A DNA stretch of 17,533 nt, taken from a virus (Duplodnaviria; Heunggongvirae; Uroviricota; Caudoviricetes). The notes beneath the pieces are model-generated. The model made no database searches. It was not told the origin of the DNA and worked only from the letters and a program-made list of their open reading frames with translations. Below are positions 1 through 8,608 of the stretch, in pieces. A program made the translations under genes and the position numbers. The stretch covers positions 1 to 17,533 of IMG/VR virus record IMGVR_UViG_2711768056_000003. One strand, written 5' to 3'. The stretch's first letter is position 1. The number at the start of each line of letters is the position of its first letter.

Positions 1-185
1 AATGCGAGGCTAAATCCTGGTATTTGTAATGAACTGGCTCTTATCTCAACGCAGCCCCTTACTGCGCGCCAGATGCTCAATATCAAGCATCAGCAATGAG
101 ATGTTTAATCTGGATTCACTCCAGAAGTGATCACCACCCTGTCTACAGAGCCAGATGTGAAGGATGATGAGTAAAATTATCGCTA

Positions 186-623
186 TCATCGAAGGCATTG
201 CGTCCTGATGTATTCCTGCAGGTAGTTAACCTGCGCGGTTATCCTGTCGATTCCACTTCTGAGACGGTAATAATTGAGTTCAGCATCTGCTGTAAGTCTT
301 GGGCTTTCTCCATCGCCCATGCTGCTGGCTCCGGTCGTTGACTTTGCACAGGTGGCGGCGACTTGCAGGCGCTTACGACCAGCAGAAACATCAGCACGGA
401 GACTTTCGATAGTCGCGTTAGCATCAGCAAGCTCCTTTGTGTATCTGGCGTCAAGTTCTGCTACATCACGTTGACGCTTCTGCATGTCAGCGATTGTGGA
501 TGTGGCCTTATCGCGCTGCTCTTTGTAGGCGATTGCATTATCACGGTAATGATTAACAGCCCATGACAGGCAGACGATGATGCAGATAACCAGAGCGGAG
601 ATAATCGCGGTGACTCTGCTCAT
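186..623 (-). CDS. Rz: i-spanin Rz (inner-membrane spanin subunit)
   Basis: N-terminus [30 protein letters not shown] matches my memory of lambda Rz; sits directly downstream of the endolysin gene; single N-terminal TM segment then coiled-coil region. Confidence 0.9.
   Translation of the reverse strand: MSRVTAIISALVICIIVCLSWAVNHYRDNAIAYKEQRDKATSTIADMQKRQRDVAELDARYTKELADANATIESLRADVSAGRKRLQVAATCAKSTTGASSMGDGESPRLTADAELNYYRLRSGIDRITAQVNYLQEYIRTQCLR
239..424 (-). CDS. Rz1: o-spanin Rz1 (outer-membrane lipoprotein), embedded in the +1 frame of Rz
   Basis: ORF nested entirely inside Rz; signal peptide with lipobox LLVVSAC then Pro-rich mature region ([15 protein letters not shown]), as in lambda Rz1. 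Start chosen at the internal Met (MLTRLSKV...), not the longer ORF-track start. Confidence 0.8.
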   Translation of the reverse strand: MLTRLSKVSVLMFLLVVSACKSPPPVQSQRPEPAAWAMEKAQDLQQMLNSIITVSEVESTG

Positions 624-1096
624 ACCTCAATCTCTCTGACCGTTCCGCCTGCTTCTTTGAATTTTGCAATCAGGTTGTCAGCCTTATGCTCGAACTGACC
701 ATAACCAGCGCCCGGCAGTGAAGCCCAGATATTGCTGCAACGGTCGATTGCCTGACGGATATCACCGCGATCAATCATCGGCAAAGCGCCACGCTCCTTA
801 ATCTGCTGCAATGCAACAGCATCCTGGCTTTTAGGAGAGAAGTCTTTCAGGCCAAGCTGCTTACGGTAGGCGTCCCACCAACGGGAAAGAAGCTGGTAAC
901 GTCCGGCAGCTGTTGATTTGAGTTTGGGGTTTAGCGTGACAAGTTTGCGAGGGTGATCTGAGTAATCAGTGAATAGCTCTCCGCCAACAATGACGTCATA
1001 ACCATGATTTCTGGTTTTCTGACGTCCGTTATCAGTTCCCTCTGACCACGCCAGCATATCGAGGAACGCCTTACGTTGATTATTGATTTCCACCAT
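620..1096 (-). CDS. R: Endolysin R (lambda-type lytic transglycosylase)
   Basis: 158 aa, [51 protein letters not shown]..., near-identical to lambda R as I recall it; overlaps the S stop and the Rz start. Confidence 0.95.
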   Translation of the reverse strand: MVEINNQRKAFLDMLAWSEGTDNGRQKTRNHGYDVIVGGELFTDYSDHPRKLVTLNPKLKSTAAGRYQLLSRWWDAYRKQLGLKDFSPKSQDAVALQQIKERGALPMIDRGDIRQAIDRCSNIWASLPGAGYGQFEHKADNLIAKFKEAGGTVREIEV

Positions 1097-1403
1097 CTTC
1101 TACTCCGGCTTTTTTAGCAGCGAAGCGTTTGATAAGCGAACCAATCGAGTCAGTACCGATGTAGCCAATGAACACGCTCGTTATATAAGCGAGATTGCTA
1201 CTTAGTCCGGCGAAGTCGAGAAGGTCACGAATGAACCAGGCGATAATGGCGCACATCGTTGCGTCGATTACTGTTTTTGTAAACGCACCGCCATTATATC
1301 TGCCGCGAAGGTACGCCATTGCAAACGCAAGGATTGCCCCGATGCCTTGTTCCTTTGCCGCGAGAATGGCGGCTAACAGGTCATGTTTTTCTGGCATCTT
1401 CAT
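1080..1403 (-). CDS. S: Holin S with dual start (Met1-Lys2-Met3: antiholin S107 / holin S105)
   Basis: 107 aa, [39 protein letters not shown]..., near-identical to lambda S; MKM dual-start motif present; three hydrophobic TM segments. Confidence 0.95.
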   Translation of the reverse strand: MKMPEKHDLLAAILAAKEQGIGAILAFAMAYLRGRYNGGAFTKTVIDATMCAIIAWFIRDLLDFAGLSSNLAYITSVFIGYIGTDSIGSLIKRFAAKKAGVEDGGNQ

Positions 1404-1998
1404 GTCTTACCCACAATAAGGGGATTTGCTCTATTTAATTAGGAATAAGGTCGATTACTGATAGAACAAATCCAGGCTACTGTGTTTAGTAATCAGATTT
1501 GTTCGTGACCGATATGCACGGGCAAAACGGCATGAGGTTGTTAGCGCAACCTCCTGCCACCGCTTTCACGAAGGTCATGTGTAGAAAGACGCAGCATAAC
1601 TATCACTGATGAATTCAGGATAGCCAGTGGCTACGGCTCAGGTTGGGTTGTGGCGGTCGGTGCTGAACTCCGACTTAATGACGATAGGCGTGTACCGACG
1701 CCTCGTTTTACTTCCTCCGCTTTCACGGCTTCACCCTAGACCAGCTTTACGAAATCCTCGTAAACCTAACCGCGGCAGATATGACCGGCACGGTGTGCCA
1801 TATCACGGACCGGCGGGTGTCTCGTTCACCTGATTAACGCATCAGCCTGCGTATTCACCACAACGATAAGAGCACTGCGCGGCACCTTTCACCAATTCCG
1901 CGAGGTCTGCGGGTTCAATGCTCTTACCTGTTGTGCAAACAAAAAAGCCACCGTTGCAACTTAAGAGTCACTAACGGCAGCTTACCCTCTAATTATGG
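1404..1998 (-). promoter_or_regulatory. Q-S intergenic region expected to carry late promoter pR', the Q-utilisation site and the late leader/terminator; exact elements not resolved
   Basis: Non-coding 595 bp between Q stop and S start, matching the lambda pR'-qut-tR' position; GC-rich and structured; the only long ORF (1627..1833) is Arg/Pro-rich junk. Confidence 0.45.
1941..1979 (-). terminator. Candidate intrinsic terminator just after Q stop
   Basis: Minus-strand RNA GCUGCCGUU-(17 nt loop)-AACGGUGGC followed by UUUUUU; 9-bp stem including two G-U pairs. The large loop makes it atypical. Confidence 0.35.
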
Positions 1999-2517
1999 CT
2001 AAATGGCTAATTGCATGTCAAGGCTTTTAACAGCAACATGCTTAACTTTCTCAACACGTTTACGCATTTTGAAAGCATTTTGCATTGGTTGGTACAAAAC
2101 AAATAATGACGCTTTCAGGATATCGTCAATTTCGTTTCTACAGGTTGCCAGTGAAGGTTTTCTCCATCCCTCGCCACCGCGTCCACACATCTTGCGTGGC
2201 TTTGCAGTCGCGTGATAGTAGGATGCAATTGCTCTCTTAGATGAACCATGAGCGTAGTAGCTGAGGAGGATGCCAAAGGCTTTCTTGTCAATGTACATGA
2301 CGGAATCGACGACCTGAGAAATCAACATTCCATCATCATCATTACACATTGGCCTTGTCATAATTCTTCCCGGCTCTACGCTCTCCATGAACTTCGCTAT
2401 TACGCTGCTCATGCGCTTTTCCAGACGACCTGAATAAACCCATGCGCCCCACAGTTCAAGCCAGCCATTCAGCCACTCGTGCTGCTCTTTGGTGAGGTTT
2501 AGTTCTCTTATGCTCAT
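1999..2517 (-). CDS. Q: Late-gene antiterminator Q (non-lambda Q family, phage 82 / QuuD-like)
   Basis: 172 aa immediately upstream of the lysis cassette; conserved LELWGAW and RPMCNDDDGM motifs plus YY pair that I recall from QuuD-type Q proteins. Confidence 0.8.
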   Translation of the reverse strand: MSIRELNLTKEQHEWLNGWLELWGAWVYSGRLEKRMSSVIAKFMESVEPGRIMTRPMCNDDDGMLISQVVDSVMYIDKKAFGILLSYYAHGSSKRAIASYYHATAKPRKMCGRGGEGWRKPSLATCRNEIDDILKASLFVLYQPMQNAFKMRKRVEKVKHVAVKSLDMQLAI

Positions 2518-2702
2518 CGTCTTCCCCTCTTGCCTTGTTTGACCATCAGGACGCCGTTAACTATTACGTGACGCTCGCCTTTGCTGTCTCGGTTGTACTT
2601 GAGCACTGTTCCTCTTGCGCAGGAAAGCATCCTCGCCACTTCGGTCTGATTGCCTCGTGTCTGGATAAGAAGCTCTGGTATCGTTTGAATTGTGGCGTTC
2701 AT
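2514..2702 (-). CDS. ninH: NinH (small HTH DNA-binding protein)
   Basis: 62 aa; ...TIPELLIQTRGNQTEVARMLSCARGTVLKY... parallels lambda NinH (GNQTEVARRL.CSRGTV.KY); ATGA start/stop overlaps with Q and rusA. Confidence 0.8.
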   Translation of the reverse strand: MNATIQTIPELLIQTRGNQTEVARMLSCARGTVLKYNRDSKGERHVIVNGVLMVKQGKRGRR

Positions 2703-3061
2703 GCGTTCTCCAGTTCGGTGATTTTTATTCCAAGCCGTCCGCCTGGTACTTTCACACCACGAATTACGCGAATGTCATCGAATTGCTCGTCGTCTTCCGC
2801 AAATCCGGCGTGGATAAGGGAGTCGAGTAAACCTTTCAGGATGTTATCGAGGTCGCGGCGGCGGGAGTCTGGAACGTCTGCGATGACTTTGATGCGGAGT
2901 CGTGATTTGGTGAAAATGTCTAACTTGAGTTGGCGGATGATTTGCTGAACGTCTTTTCGGTATTTCTGGCCTTTATCGCTGATGTAGTATTGGCTTCCCC
3001 GTCTTCGCCAGTAGGTGTTCACCGACGGCGGGTAAGGAAGCACAAACTGATATTCGTTCAT
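2699..3061 (-). CDS. rusA: RusA-family Holliday junction resolvase
   Basis: 120 aa; PPSVNTYW, DVPDSRRRDLDNILKGLLDSL and GGRLGIKITEL motifs match RusA of DLP12/lambdoid phages. Confidence 0.9.
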   Translation of the reverse strand: MNEYQFVLPYPPSVNTYWRRRGSQYYISDKGQKYRKDVQQIIRQLKLDIFTKSRLRIKVIADVPDSRRRDLDNILKGLLDSLIHAGFAEDDEQFDDIRVIRGVKVPGGRLGIKITELENA

Positions 3062-3348
3062 GGCTTAATCTTCCCCTCCTTCAGCAGGATCGCCTGCGTC
3101 CTGATCACGCCTTCGAGGTGATAAAGTCTGGCGTCTTTGTTGTCGAGATTATGGGTGCGTCGGTCGATTTCATCGTGACACGCGCTACAAGCCCATGCGC
3201 CAATCAGGTCGTCAGGTTTCATTCCCGTTCCGCAAATTCCAGCCATCCGGTAATGTGCCAGAACTGTAGTTTCAGGATTACCATTGCATACGCCGTAAAT
3301 ACGTACCTGGCATTCTCTGCCGCGTGCTTCTTTGCGTAGATTAGCCAT
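3058..3348 (-). CDS. DUF1364 / YbcO-like nin-region protein (Cys-rich, putative nuclease)
   Basis: 96 aa with conserved cysteines (CQVRIYGVCNGNPETTVLAH...CSACHDEID); typical position between roi and rusA in E. coli prophages. Confidence 0.65.
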   Translation of the reverse strand: MANLRKEARGRECQVRIYGVCNGNPETTVLAHYRMAGICGTGMKPDDLIGAWACSACHDEIDRRTHNLDNKDARLYHLEGVIRTQAILLKEGKIKP

Positions 3349-4070
3349 TAAGCAGCCTCCCCTGTTACTTTCAGCATTCCGTTATCGCGCAGCTTTCTGG
3401 TCAGCCACTGTTGACCACGCCCGGTGATTTTTGTGGTGAACGATATCTGTATTCCGTGATTTGTGTTGACCGCTGTTTCTTTCACTGTGAAATAGCCGCG
3501 ATCCATATATTCCTGCATTGGCACATTGCGCCGGGAACCTGAAGCAATAAGGATTTTGTGATCGCGCATCCACGCAAACAGTTTGTTTGGACCAATTCCA
3601 ACAACCTTTGCAAAGTTTCCAATCAAAATTCCGCTGGCCTCGCCAACGCGATCGGCAAACTCAACTTTAGGTGCGGCAATTGCGAGCTGGTTTTCCAGTT
3701 GCATTTTCTGCTCAGCAAGATCAGCAGCAAGGCGCAACGCTTCTGGTAGCGTTTTGGGGATATTAACCGCAGCTTCTTCAAGCTCTCGCCAACGGTCAAC
3801 AAGACGAGCGGTGAATTCCGGCGACAACTGAGCGACGACAATAATGCTGTCTCGCTTACCTTGTTCGCCCTCAAAAACGTAAGCCTCTACGCCACGAAGT
3901 AATCCTAAGTTATTGATTTTTTCGAAAACCACCATTGGGGGATTTCGGATCACACCTCGAGCCGCCAGTCGTTCAATAGATTGTTTCACCTTGTCATGAC
4001 GACTTCCCACCAACTCAGCGATTTCAATGCTTGTCATTTTGATGGCATTGCCATTTATTAACTCATTCAT
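3348..4070 (-). CDS. roi: Roi-like phage antirepressor / DNA-binding protein (Rha-like N-terminal domain + Ant/KilAC-like C-terminal domain)
   Basis: 240 aa; N-terminal HTH (MTSIEIAELVGSRHDKVKQSIERL) and C-terminal antirepressor-like domain; nin-region position as for HK022 roi. Confidence 0.75.
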   Translation of the reverse strand: MNELINGNAIKMTSIEIAELVGSRHDKVKQSIERLAARGVIRNPPMVVFEKINNLGLLRGVEAYVFEGEQGKRDSIIVVAQLSPEFTARLVDRWRELEEAAVNIPKTLPEALRLAADLAEQKMQLENQLAIAAPKVEFADRVGEASGILIGNFAKVVGIGPNKLFAWMRDHKILIASGSRRNVPMQEYMDRGYFTVKETAVNTNHGIQISFTTKITGRGQQWLTRKLRDNGMLKVTGEAA

Positions 4071-4239
4071 CGTCTTCTTCCTCGTACATTGAGCTATTCG
4101 GATCGCTCATCAGTTCTGCGCAGCAATCTGAGCACACGTGAACTTCCAGCACATGCAGCTTCTGACCGCAGTTAGCGCACGTTAAAGCCCGCTCGACGCT
4201 TTCTTTCTGGTATTGAATGGATTGGGATGGGCTAAGCAT
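4063..4239 (-). CDS. ninF: NinF (small Cys-rich protein)
   Basis: 58-aa ORF absent from the ORF track (below size cutoff), translated by hand: [58 protein letters not shown], very close to lambda NinF as I recall it; TAATG overlap with the upstream gene. Confidence 0.8.
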   Translation of the reverse strand: MLSPSQSIQYQKESVERALTCANCGQKLHVLEVHVCSDCCAELMSDPNSSMYEEEDDE

Positions 4240-4604
4240 TATTGGATTCTCTGCATCATGAGAAAGACAATCATGGCGGCGCGGAGGGGATTTTCATGTA
4301 TAGCTCGTTTAGATTTACAGTAGGCCACACCGCGTGCACCCCACTCGTCTTCATCGAGATTGATAATGCTAATCCTGTATTTTTCAATAATCGGCCATGC
4401 GTCTGCTGGGTTTGCGCATGGGTTAAAGGATCCGCGCTCAACTTCTACTTCAACTGCGTCTCCGTTTACAATGTCTCCCTCAAATGAGACAAACACCATA
4501 TCGCCATTCTCACCTTCTTTGTAATCCGGTGATCCGTTATGAATGGCTTCGAATACCGCCACGTTAATTTCAAAATCACTTAACTGTGAATAATCCATTG
4601 TCAT
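4239..4604 (-). CDS. Hypothetical acidic nin-region protein (start at MTMDYSQL...)
   Basis: ORF between ninE and ninF; ATGA overlap with the ninE stop; strongly acidic; no family recognised with confidence. Confidence 0.55.
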   Translation of the reverse strand: MTMDYSQLSDFEINVAVFEAIHNGSPDYKEGENGDMVFVSFEGDIVNGDAVEVEVERGSFNPCANPADAWPIIEKYRISIINLDEDEWGARGVAYCKSKRAIHENPLRAAMIVFLMMQRIQ

Positions 4605-4777
4605 TTCCTCGCACGATGTCTTAGCCACCGGATATCCCACAGGTGAGCCGTGTAGTTGAAGGTTTTTACGTCAGATTCTTTTGGGATTGGCTTGCGTTTA
4701 TTTCTGGAGCGTTTCGTTGGAAGGTATTTGCAGTTTTCGCAGATGATGTCGGTGATACTTCGTCGCTGTCGCCTCAT
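4601..4777 (-). CDS. ninE: NinE
   Basis: Internal Met start gives [58 protein letters not shown], near-identical to lambda NinE; ATGA overlap with the upstream methylase gene. Confidence 0.85.
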   Translation of the reverse strand: MRRQRRSITDIICENCKYLPTKRSRNKRKPIPKESDVKTFNYTAHLWDIRWLRHRARK

Positions 4778-5301
4778 GCCGCCCTCCTGACGCCCTGCCC
4801 GATCGCCATCAATGCCGCTTTGGATACGGTAGTAAACATCCGTCGAGGACTGATGAACGGTCGCCAAATCAGCAGCATGGAGCCTTTGCTGTTTCCCTTC
4901 TTCTCTAGCCCCGTCGATGGTTCGATAAAATTAATCCGTCCATCAGTGATAATACGAACTTCGTCAACACTCTCCAGAGCCTTGCTGAACCATCCGACTG
5001 ACATATCCTCTGGCACAAGCATAACTACCGTCTGTCGCTGTTGTATGCACTGCTCAGCGGCTTTTTCCACCCACGGCCTGATATTGCTGTACGGTGGGTT
5101 ATTCCAGATTGCACCGTGGCTTACCCACTCAGAATTGAGCGCGTCGTCGGCCTCAGTTAGCCAGTGAGCGCACAGAGCATTTTTGTCGCTCGCTGCCGAA
5201 TCCAGCCAGAATCCAAACTCAATATCCAGTGCATCAAAAAGCCAAAGCGGCGTTTGCCAGCAGTCCTTGTCGTGTGCTGGCGTATTTGATTTGATAGTCA
5301 T
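4774..5301 (-). CDS. Phage orphan N6-adenine DNA methyltransferase (Dam-like)
   Basis: Catalytic NPPY motif (WNNPPYSN); start at MTIKSNT... overlaps the ninB stop (ATGA); no adjacent restriction endonuclease gene. Confidence 0.8.
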   Translation of the reverse strand: MTIKSNTPAHDKDCWQTPLWLFDALDIEFGFWLDSAASDKNALCAHWLTEADDALNSEWVSHGAIWNNPPYSNIRPWVEKAAEQCIQQRQTVVMLVPEDMSVGWFSKALESVDEVRIITDGRINFIEPSTGLEKKGNSKGSMLLIWRPFISPRRMFTTVSKAALMAIGQGVRRAA

Positions 5302-5738
5302 GCAGCCCGATCTCCCCATCTCGCTTTCCACTCCAGAGCCAGTCTCGCTTCGTCTGACCACTTAACGCCACGCTCTGTACCGAATGCCTGTATAAGCTCT
5401 AATAGCTCCGCAAATTCGCCTACACGCATCCTGCTGGTTGACTGGCCTATTACCACAAAGCCATTCCCGGCAAGGTTAGGAACAACGTCCTGCTGCTTTA
5501 ATGCTGCGGTAAACACACACTTCCAGCTTTCTGCATCCAGCCAGCGACCATGCCATTCAACCTGACGAGAGACGTCACCAAGGCAAGCCCAAAGCTTTCG
5601 GTTTTGGTCTAAGCTGCGGTTGCGTTCCTGAATGGTTACTACGATTGGTTTGGTTGGGTCTGGAAGGATTTGCTGTACTGCGTGAATAGCGTTTTGCTGA
5701 TGTGCTGGAGATCGAATTTCAAAGGTTAGTTTTTTCAT
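5298..5738 (-). CDS. ninB: NinB (Orf-family recombination mediator)
   Basis: MKKLTFEIRSPAHQQNAIHAVQQILPDPTKPIVVTIQERNRSLDQNRKLWACLGDV... matches lambda NinB essentially throughout. Confidence 0.9.
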   Translation of the reverse strand: MKKLTFEIRSPAHQQNAIHAVQQILPDPTKPIVVTIQERNRSLDQNRKLWACLGDVSRQVEWHGRWLDAESWKCVFTAALKQQDVVPNLAGNGFVVIGQSTSRMRVGEFAELLELIQAFGTERGVKWSDEARLALEWKARWGDRAA

Positions 5739-5814
5739 GACTTCCCTCTCCCCCAAATAAAAAGGCCTGCGATTACCAGCAGGCCTGTTATTAGCTCAGT
5801 GATGTAGATGGTCA

Positions 5815-7251
5815 TCAGAATCCTCCTTTCTTCTTGGACTGCGGTTCCTCGCGTTCACGTCGGCGCATTTCAGCAGACTGTTGGTCTGTGTCATAAATAG
5901 CGCCATTTGCCTGAATGCAATACACCGTGCCGGTATTGCCATGACGATTGAGACGAAGGATTAGTTCGGTTTCACCAGGTGGAACACTGTCATCAAAAGC
6001 GCCTTCACGATGGATCCCAACCCAATAATCGCAATCCTGTTCAATCTGCCCTGTATCTCGTGAGTCACTTGGTAATGGGCGTTTATTGGTTCGGCTTTCC
6101 AGTGCGCGGTTAAGCTGCGTCAGAAGCACAACAACGCAATCAAGCTCTTTGGCAAGGTTCTTCAGTCCTTTGGTGATCATGCCGTAAGCAAGGTCGTTGC
6201 GATCGGCCTTCTCAGCGGTCATTAGTGTCAGGTAATCGACCAGAATCATGCCAACACATCCTTTTTCTCGCTTGATTCGACGGCTTTCGCTAACGATTTG
6301 AGCCAGAGATAATCCCGGCGTGTCGTCGATGTAAAGCAGGTCGATTTCACTCAAACGATTAGCTGTTTCGATCGCCCTGTTGAAGTCACCATCGTAATCA
6401 CCCTGATAGCCGTCATCAGCGTCATTTGTCGCCGGAAGGTAAAAAATATTCGGGTTAACACCAGACTTCTGCCCTACCAGTTTTTCCAGTATCTGATCAC
6501 CTGGCATTTCAAGGCTGAACATCAGAGCGGGCTTTTTCTCATGCACTGCGCAGTTGATTGCCATCTGGCTGTATAGCGTCGTTTTCCCCATCTTAGGGCG
6601 AGCGCCAATGACAAACAGAGAGCCTTTCACCAGACCTTTCGGTGACAGCATCCTGTCCAGCGATGGGATCCCTGTGCTCATTCCTCGTTGTTCGCCTGAC
6701 GGGTCAAATCGCTTCTCAAGGTCGCTAACCCAGTCTTCCATGACCTCACCAAATGAGCGAAGGCCGCGACGCGATCCGGTTTTTGCATGGTCTGTCAGTT
6801 GCGTGAAAATCGCCTGAATAGCTTCGTACTTCTGCGTTGCAGTCATTCCGTTGCGGGAATAGAGCAATTCCGTCGCTTCAGTCATGCGGTTGATGGCGTA
6901 GCGTTCCATTGCGGTTTCACGAACCTGCATTGCATAGGCAACGATGTTTGCTGCGCTTGGCGTATTCTTTGCGATCTCAGCGATATAAGCAAAACCGCCA
7001 ACAGACGCCGTTAACGATTTACGCTCCAGTTCATCGAAAAGCGTCAGGCCATCTACTGGCTTTTGCTCCCGGTGCATTCTGGTTATTTCTTCGAAAAGGA
7101 TTTTGTGTGGTCGGCTGTAAAATGAGTCAGGCTTCAGCATCGCCAGAACTTTCTGGACGCGCTCACTGCTGTCATCATCCAGAAGCAATCCACCAATCAC
7201 CGCCTGCTCTGCCTCGATGCTATGGGGCGGCGCATAAAAATTATCGGTCAT
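5815..7251 (-). CDS. DnaB-family replicative DNA helicase (P22 gp12-like)
   Basis: Walker A GARPKMGKTT; DnaB N-terminal motif SIEAEQAVIGGLLLD; ATG start at MTDNFY chosen rather than the GTG at 7266. Confidence 0.9.
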   Translation of the reverse strand: MTDNFYAPPHSIEAEQAVIGGLLLDDDSSERVQKVLAMLKPDSFYSRPHKILFEEITRMHREQKPVDGLTLFDELERKSLTASVGGFAYIAEIAKNTPSAANIVAYAMQVRETAMERYAINRMTEATELLYSRNGMTATQKYEAIQAIFTQLTDHAKTGSRRGLRSFGEVMEDWVSDLEKRFDPSGEQRGMSTGIPSLDRMLSPKGLVKGSLFVIGARPKMGKTTLYSQMAINCAVHEKKPALMFSLEMPGDQILEKLVGQKSGVNPNIFYLPATNDADDGYQGDYDGDFNRAIETANRLSEIDLLYIDDTPGLSLAQIVSESRRIKREKGCVGMILVDYLTLMTAEKADRNDLAYGMITKGLKNLAKELDCVVVLLTQLNRALESRTNKRPLPSDSRDTGQIEQDCDYWVGIHREGAFDDSVPPGETELILRLNRHGNTGTVYCIQANGAIYDTDQQSAEMRRREREEPQSKKKGGF

Positions 7252-8140
7252 CGTGTTCACCCTCACGAACTTTCAGGTAGGTATTATCGTTAAGCAGGAA
7301 ATCAAATCCCTTTTTGTGCCAGACGGTTCCGCGTTGATGGTTTGGGCGCTCTTCGAACATCCATCGGCAATTTTCGCCAACGTAGCTCAAATAATTTCTC
7401 CAGTCCTGCATCGTGAACCCATGCCCGTCAAGCTGGCGGGTTATCACTCCGGCTTTGCGCCAGAACGTTCGGATCTGGTTTTTACGCTTGTCATTCAGTG
7501 CGCGGATTCTTGGAGCTTCGGGAAGGATTTCGTGGTAAGCATCGACAACATCCTGACAGCTGACGGAAGGTTTTTTCTTGTCAGACTTTTTGTCTGCTGT
7601 GGCACTCTCTAATACGTCAGTATTAGAGATAATATTATTATATTCTTTATCTGTGGTAATTTGCTGGTAATCTGCTGGTACAGCATTGCTTACAGGCATT
7701 GGTATTGCTGGCTTTGAGGTGGTAATTTGCTGGTAATCTGCTGGTACAAAATTTGACTGATAATCGTCATATTTCTCTACCGAGAAAACTGAGAATTTAC
7801 CGTGTGAAACCCAGTCAATCATGCCGAGTTTTTTGAACTTTCTAAGCAGGTACTGAACGCGATCTGGTTTGAGTCCTGTTTCAAACGCCAGAGAGTTTCT
7901 ACCGCCAAGTAGCTTCCCTCTGCCTACCAGAATTTCTCCTGCGTCAGTCATTACATACTCAGGCGTATGCTTTGCTTTGAGGATTAAGTGAACCCACAGA
8001 TGCGCTGCTTCTGCATCCTTGTAAAACGGCACATCCATAATTTTACGGTGCAGCAAGGCATACCCCTTACCGCTGCTTTGATGCGGTTGTTGTAGCCTTC
8101 TGGCCTCTCTGGCTTCGGCTAGATTAGATATGTTACTCAT
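7241..8140 (-). CDS. Replication initiator (O-like: N-terminal DNA-binding domain, repeat-containing linker, DnaT-like C-terminal domain)
   Basis: Immediately upstream of the helicase and downstream of cII; linker contains duplicated peptide [10 protein letters not shown] encoded by the iteron repeats; C-terminal region resembles the helicase-loading domain of phage initiators. Confidence 0.8.
   Translation of the reverse strand: MSNISNLAEAREARRLQQPHQSSGKGYALLHRKIMDVPFYKDAEAAHLWVHLILKAKHTPEYVMTDAGEILVGRGKLLGGRNSLAFETGLKPDRVQYLLRKFKKLGMIDWVSHGKFSVFSVEKYDDYQSNFVPADYQQITTSKPAIPMPVSNAVPADYQQITTDKEYNNIISNTDVLESATADKKSDKKKPSVSCQDVVDAYHEILPEAPRIRALNDKRKNQIRTFWRKAGVITRQLDGHGFTMQDWRNYLSYVGENCRWMFEERPNHQRGTVWHKKGFDFLLNDNTYLKVREGEHDDR
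7615..7760. repeat. Candidate phage origin of replication: iterons plus adjacent AT-rich segment inside the initiator gene
   Basis: Two perfect 30-bp direct repeats GTGGTAATTTGCTGGTAATCTGCTGGTACA at 7653..7682 and 7729..7758, each built of TGCTGGTA sub-repeats; further TTGCTGG copies between; AT-rich stretch 7620..7650 on the C-terminal side, as at lambda ori. Confidence 0.6.
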
Positions 8141-8279
8141 GACCTTTCTCCTTCTGCATCAGCTTCACTTTTTCCAACTCAGCCCGGAATCGACCAGGCT
8201 GCTTGAAGCTGGACAGGAAGCGATCACGTAGTATGTGTTTGTGAATTTTGTCCTGGTAAGGACTGAGTTGTTTTGTCAT
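8133..8279 (-). CDS. Small basic hypothetical protein (48 aa) between cII and the initiator gene
   Basis: Hand-translated [48 protein letters not shown]; SD AGGAG 7 nt upstream of ATG; stop overlaps the initiator start codon. Confidence 0.45.
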   Translation of the reverse strand: MTKQLSPYQDKIHKHILRDRFLSSFKQPGRFRAELEKVKLMQKEKGHE

Positions 8280-8311
8280 AATTACTCCTGTGGATTGATC
8301 CAGTAATTCCC

Positions 8312-8608
8312 TCAGAATTGCATATCAATTTGCTTAAAATCCTCGGTGGCGGCCGGGGATTTTTTCTTTGTGATTTCATCAAGCGCATACTTAAAAGCCC
8401 TGCTAATCGGACTGATGTCTGATGCCATTCCGAAAGCACACAAGACCGAAGCAATAAATCTCCAGTCCGTTCTGCTTATCTTCGATTCATGACAGCCAAT
8501 CATCTTTGCCAGACCGCGCTGGGTAAGCGTTGACAGGTTGATGAGTAAATCAGTTTCAGCGCGATCAACGTCACGCTGTGATAGTTTGCTGTAACTTGTT
8601 CTTTCCAT
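8312..8608 (-). CDS. cII: CII-like transcriptional activator
   Basis: 98 aa; C-terminus [18 protein letters not shown] parallels lambda CII KKRPAATERSEQIQMEF; HTH region present; located between cro and the replication genes. Confidence 0.8.
   Translation of the reverse strand: MERTSYSKLSQRDVDRAETDLLINLSTLTQRGLAKMIGCHESKISRTDWRFIASVLCAFGMASDISPISRAFKYALDEITKKKSPAATEDFKQIDMQF

Noticed and set aside
1-99. Plus-strand open frame running to a TGA at 97..99 (…NARLNPGICNELALISTQPLTARQMLNIKHQQ), possibly the 3' end of a gene starting left of the window
   Set aside because: No start codon in the window and no resemblance to lambda Bor or any protein I recognise; too short and unsupported to call.
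239-454. Full 71-aa ORF-track model for the embedded Rz1 frame
   Set aside because: The N-terminal 10 residues precede the signal peptide; the internal Met (MLTRLSKV...) gives a lambda-like lipoprotein precursor, so the shorter model 239..424 is used.
1627-1833. 68-aa plus-strand ORF in the Q-S intergenic region
   Set aside because: Arg/Pro-rich low-complexity translation with no SD; fits a structured non-coding late leader better than a gene.
2535-2948. 137-aa plus-strand ORF antisense to ninH/rusA
   Set aside because: Lies entirely opposite well-supported ninH and rusA; Ser/Arg-rich composition typical of an antisense artefact.
3382-3874. ORFs on both strands inside the roi-like gene (3382..3573, 3558..3749, 3583..3831, 3623..3874)
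   Set aside because: All are nested within or antisense to the 240-aa antirepressor ORF, which has coherent domain structure; no independent support.
6554-7280. Several plus-strand ORFs (6554..6817, 6787..7014, 6909..7280) inside the helicase gene
   Set aside because: All antisense to a confidently identified DnaB-family helicase; no SD signals; composition artefacts.
7653-7758. Pair of 30-bp direct repeats considered as a possible CRISPR or mobile-element terminal repeat
   Set aside because: Only two copies, inside a coding sequence, built from short iteron-like sub-repeats, with no spacers or cas genes; origin iterons explain them better.
8224-8454. 76-aa minus-strand ORF overlapping the cII 3' end
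   Set aside because: Out of frame with cII and overlaps the better-supported 48-aa SD-preceded ORF; Pro/Arg-rich; likely spurious.
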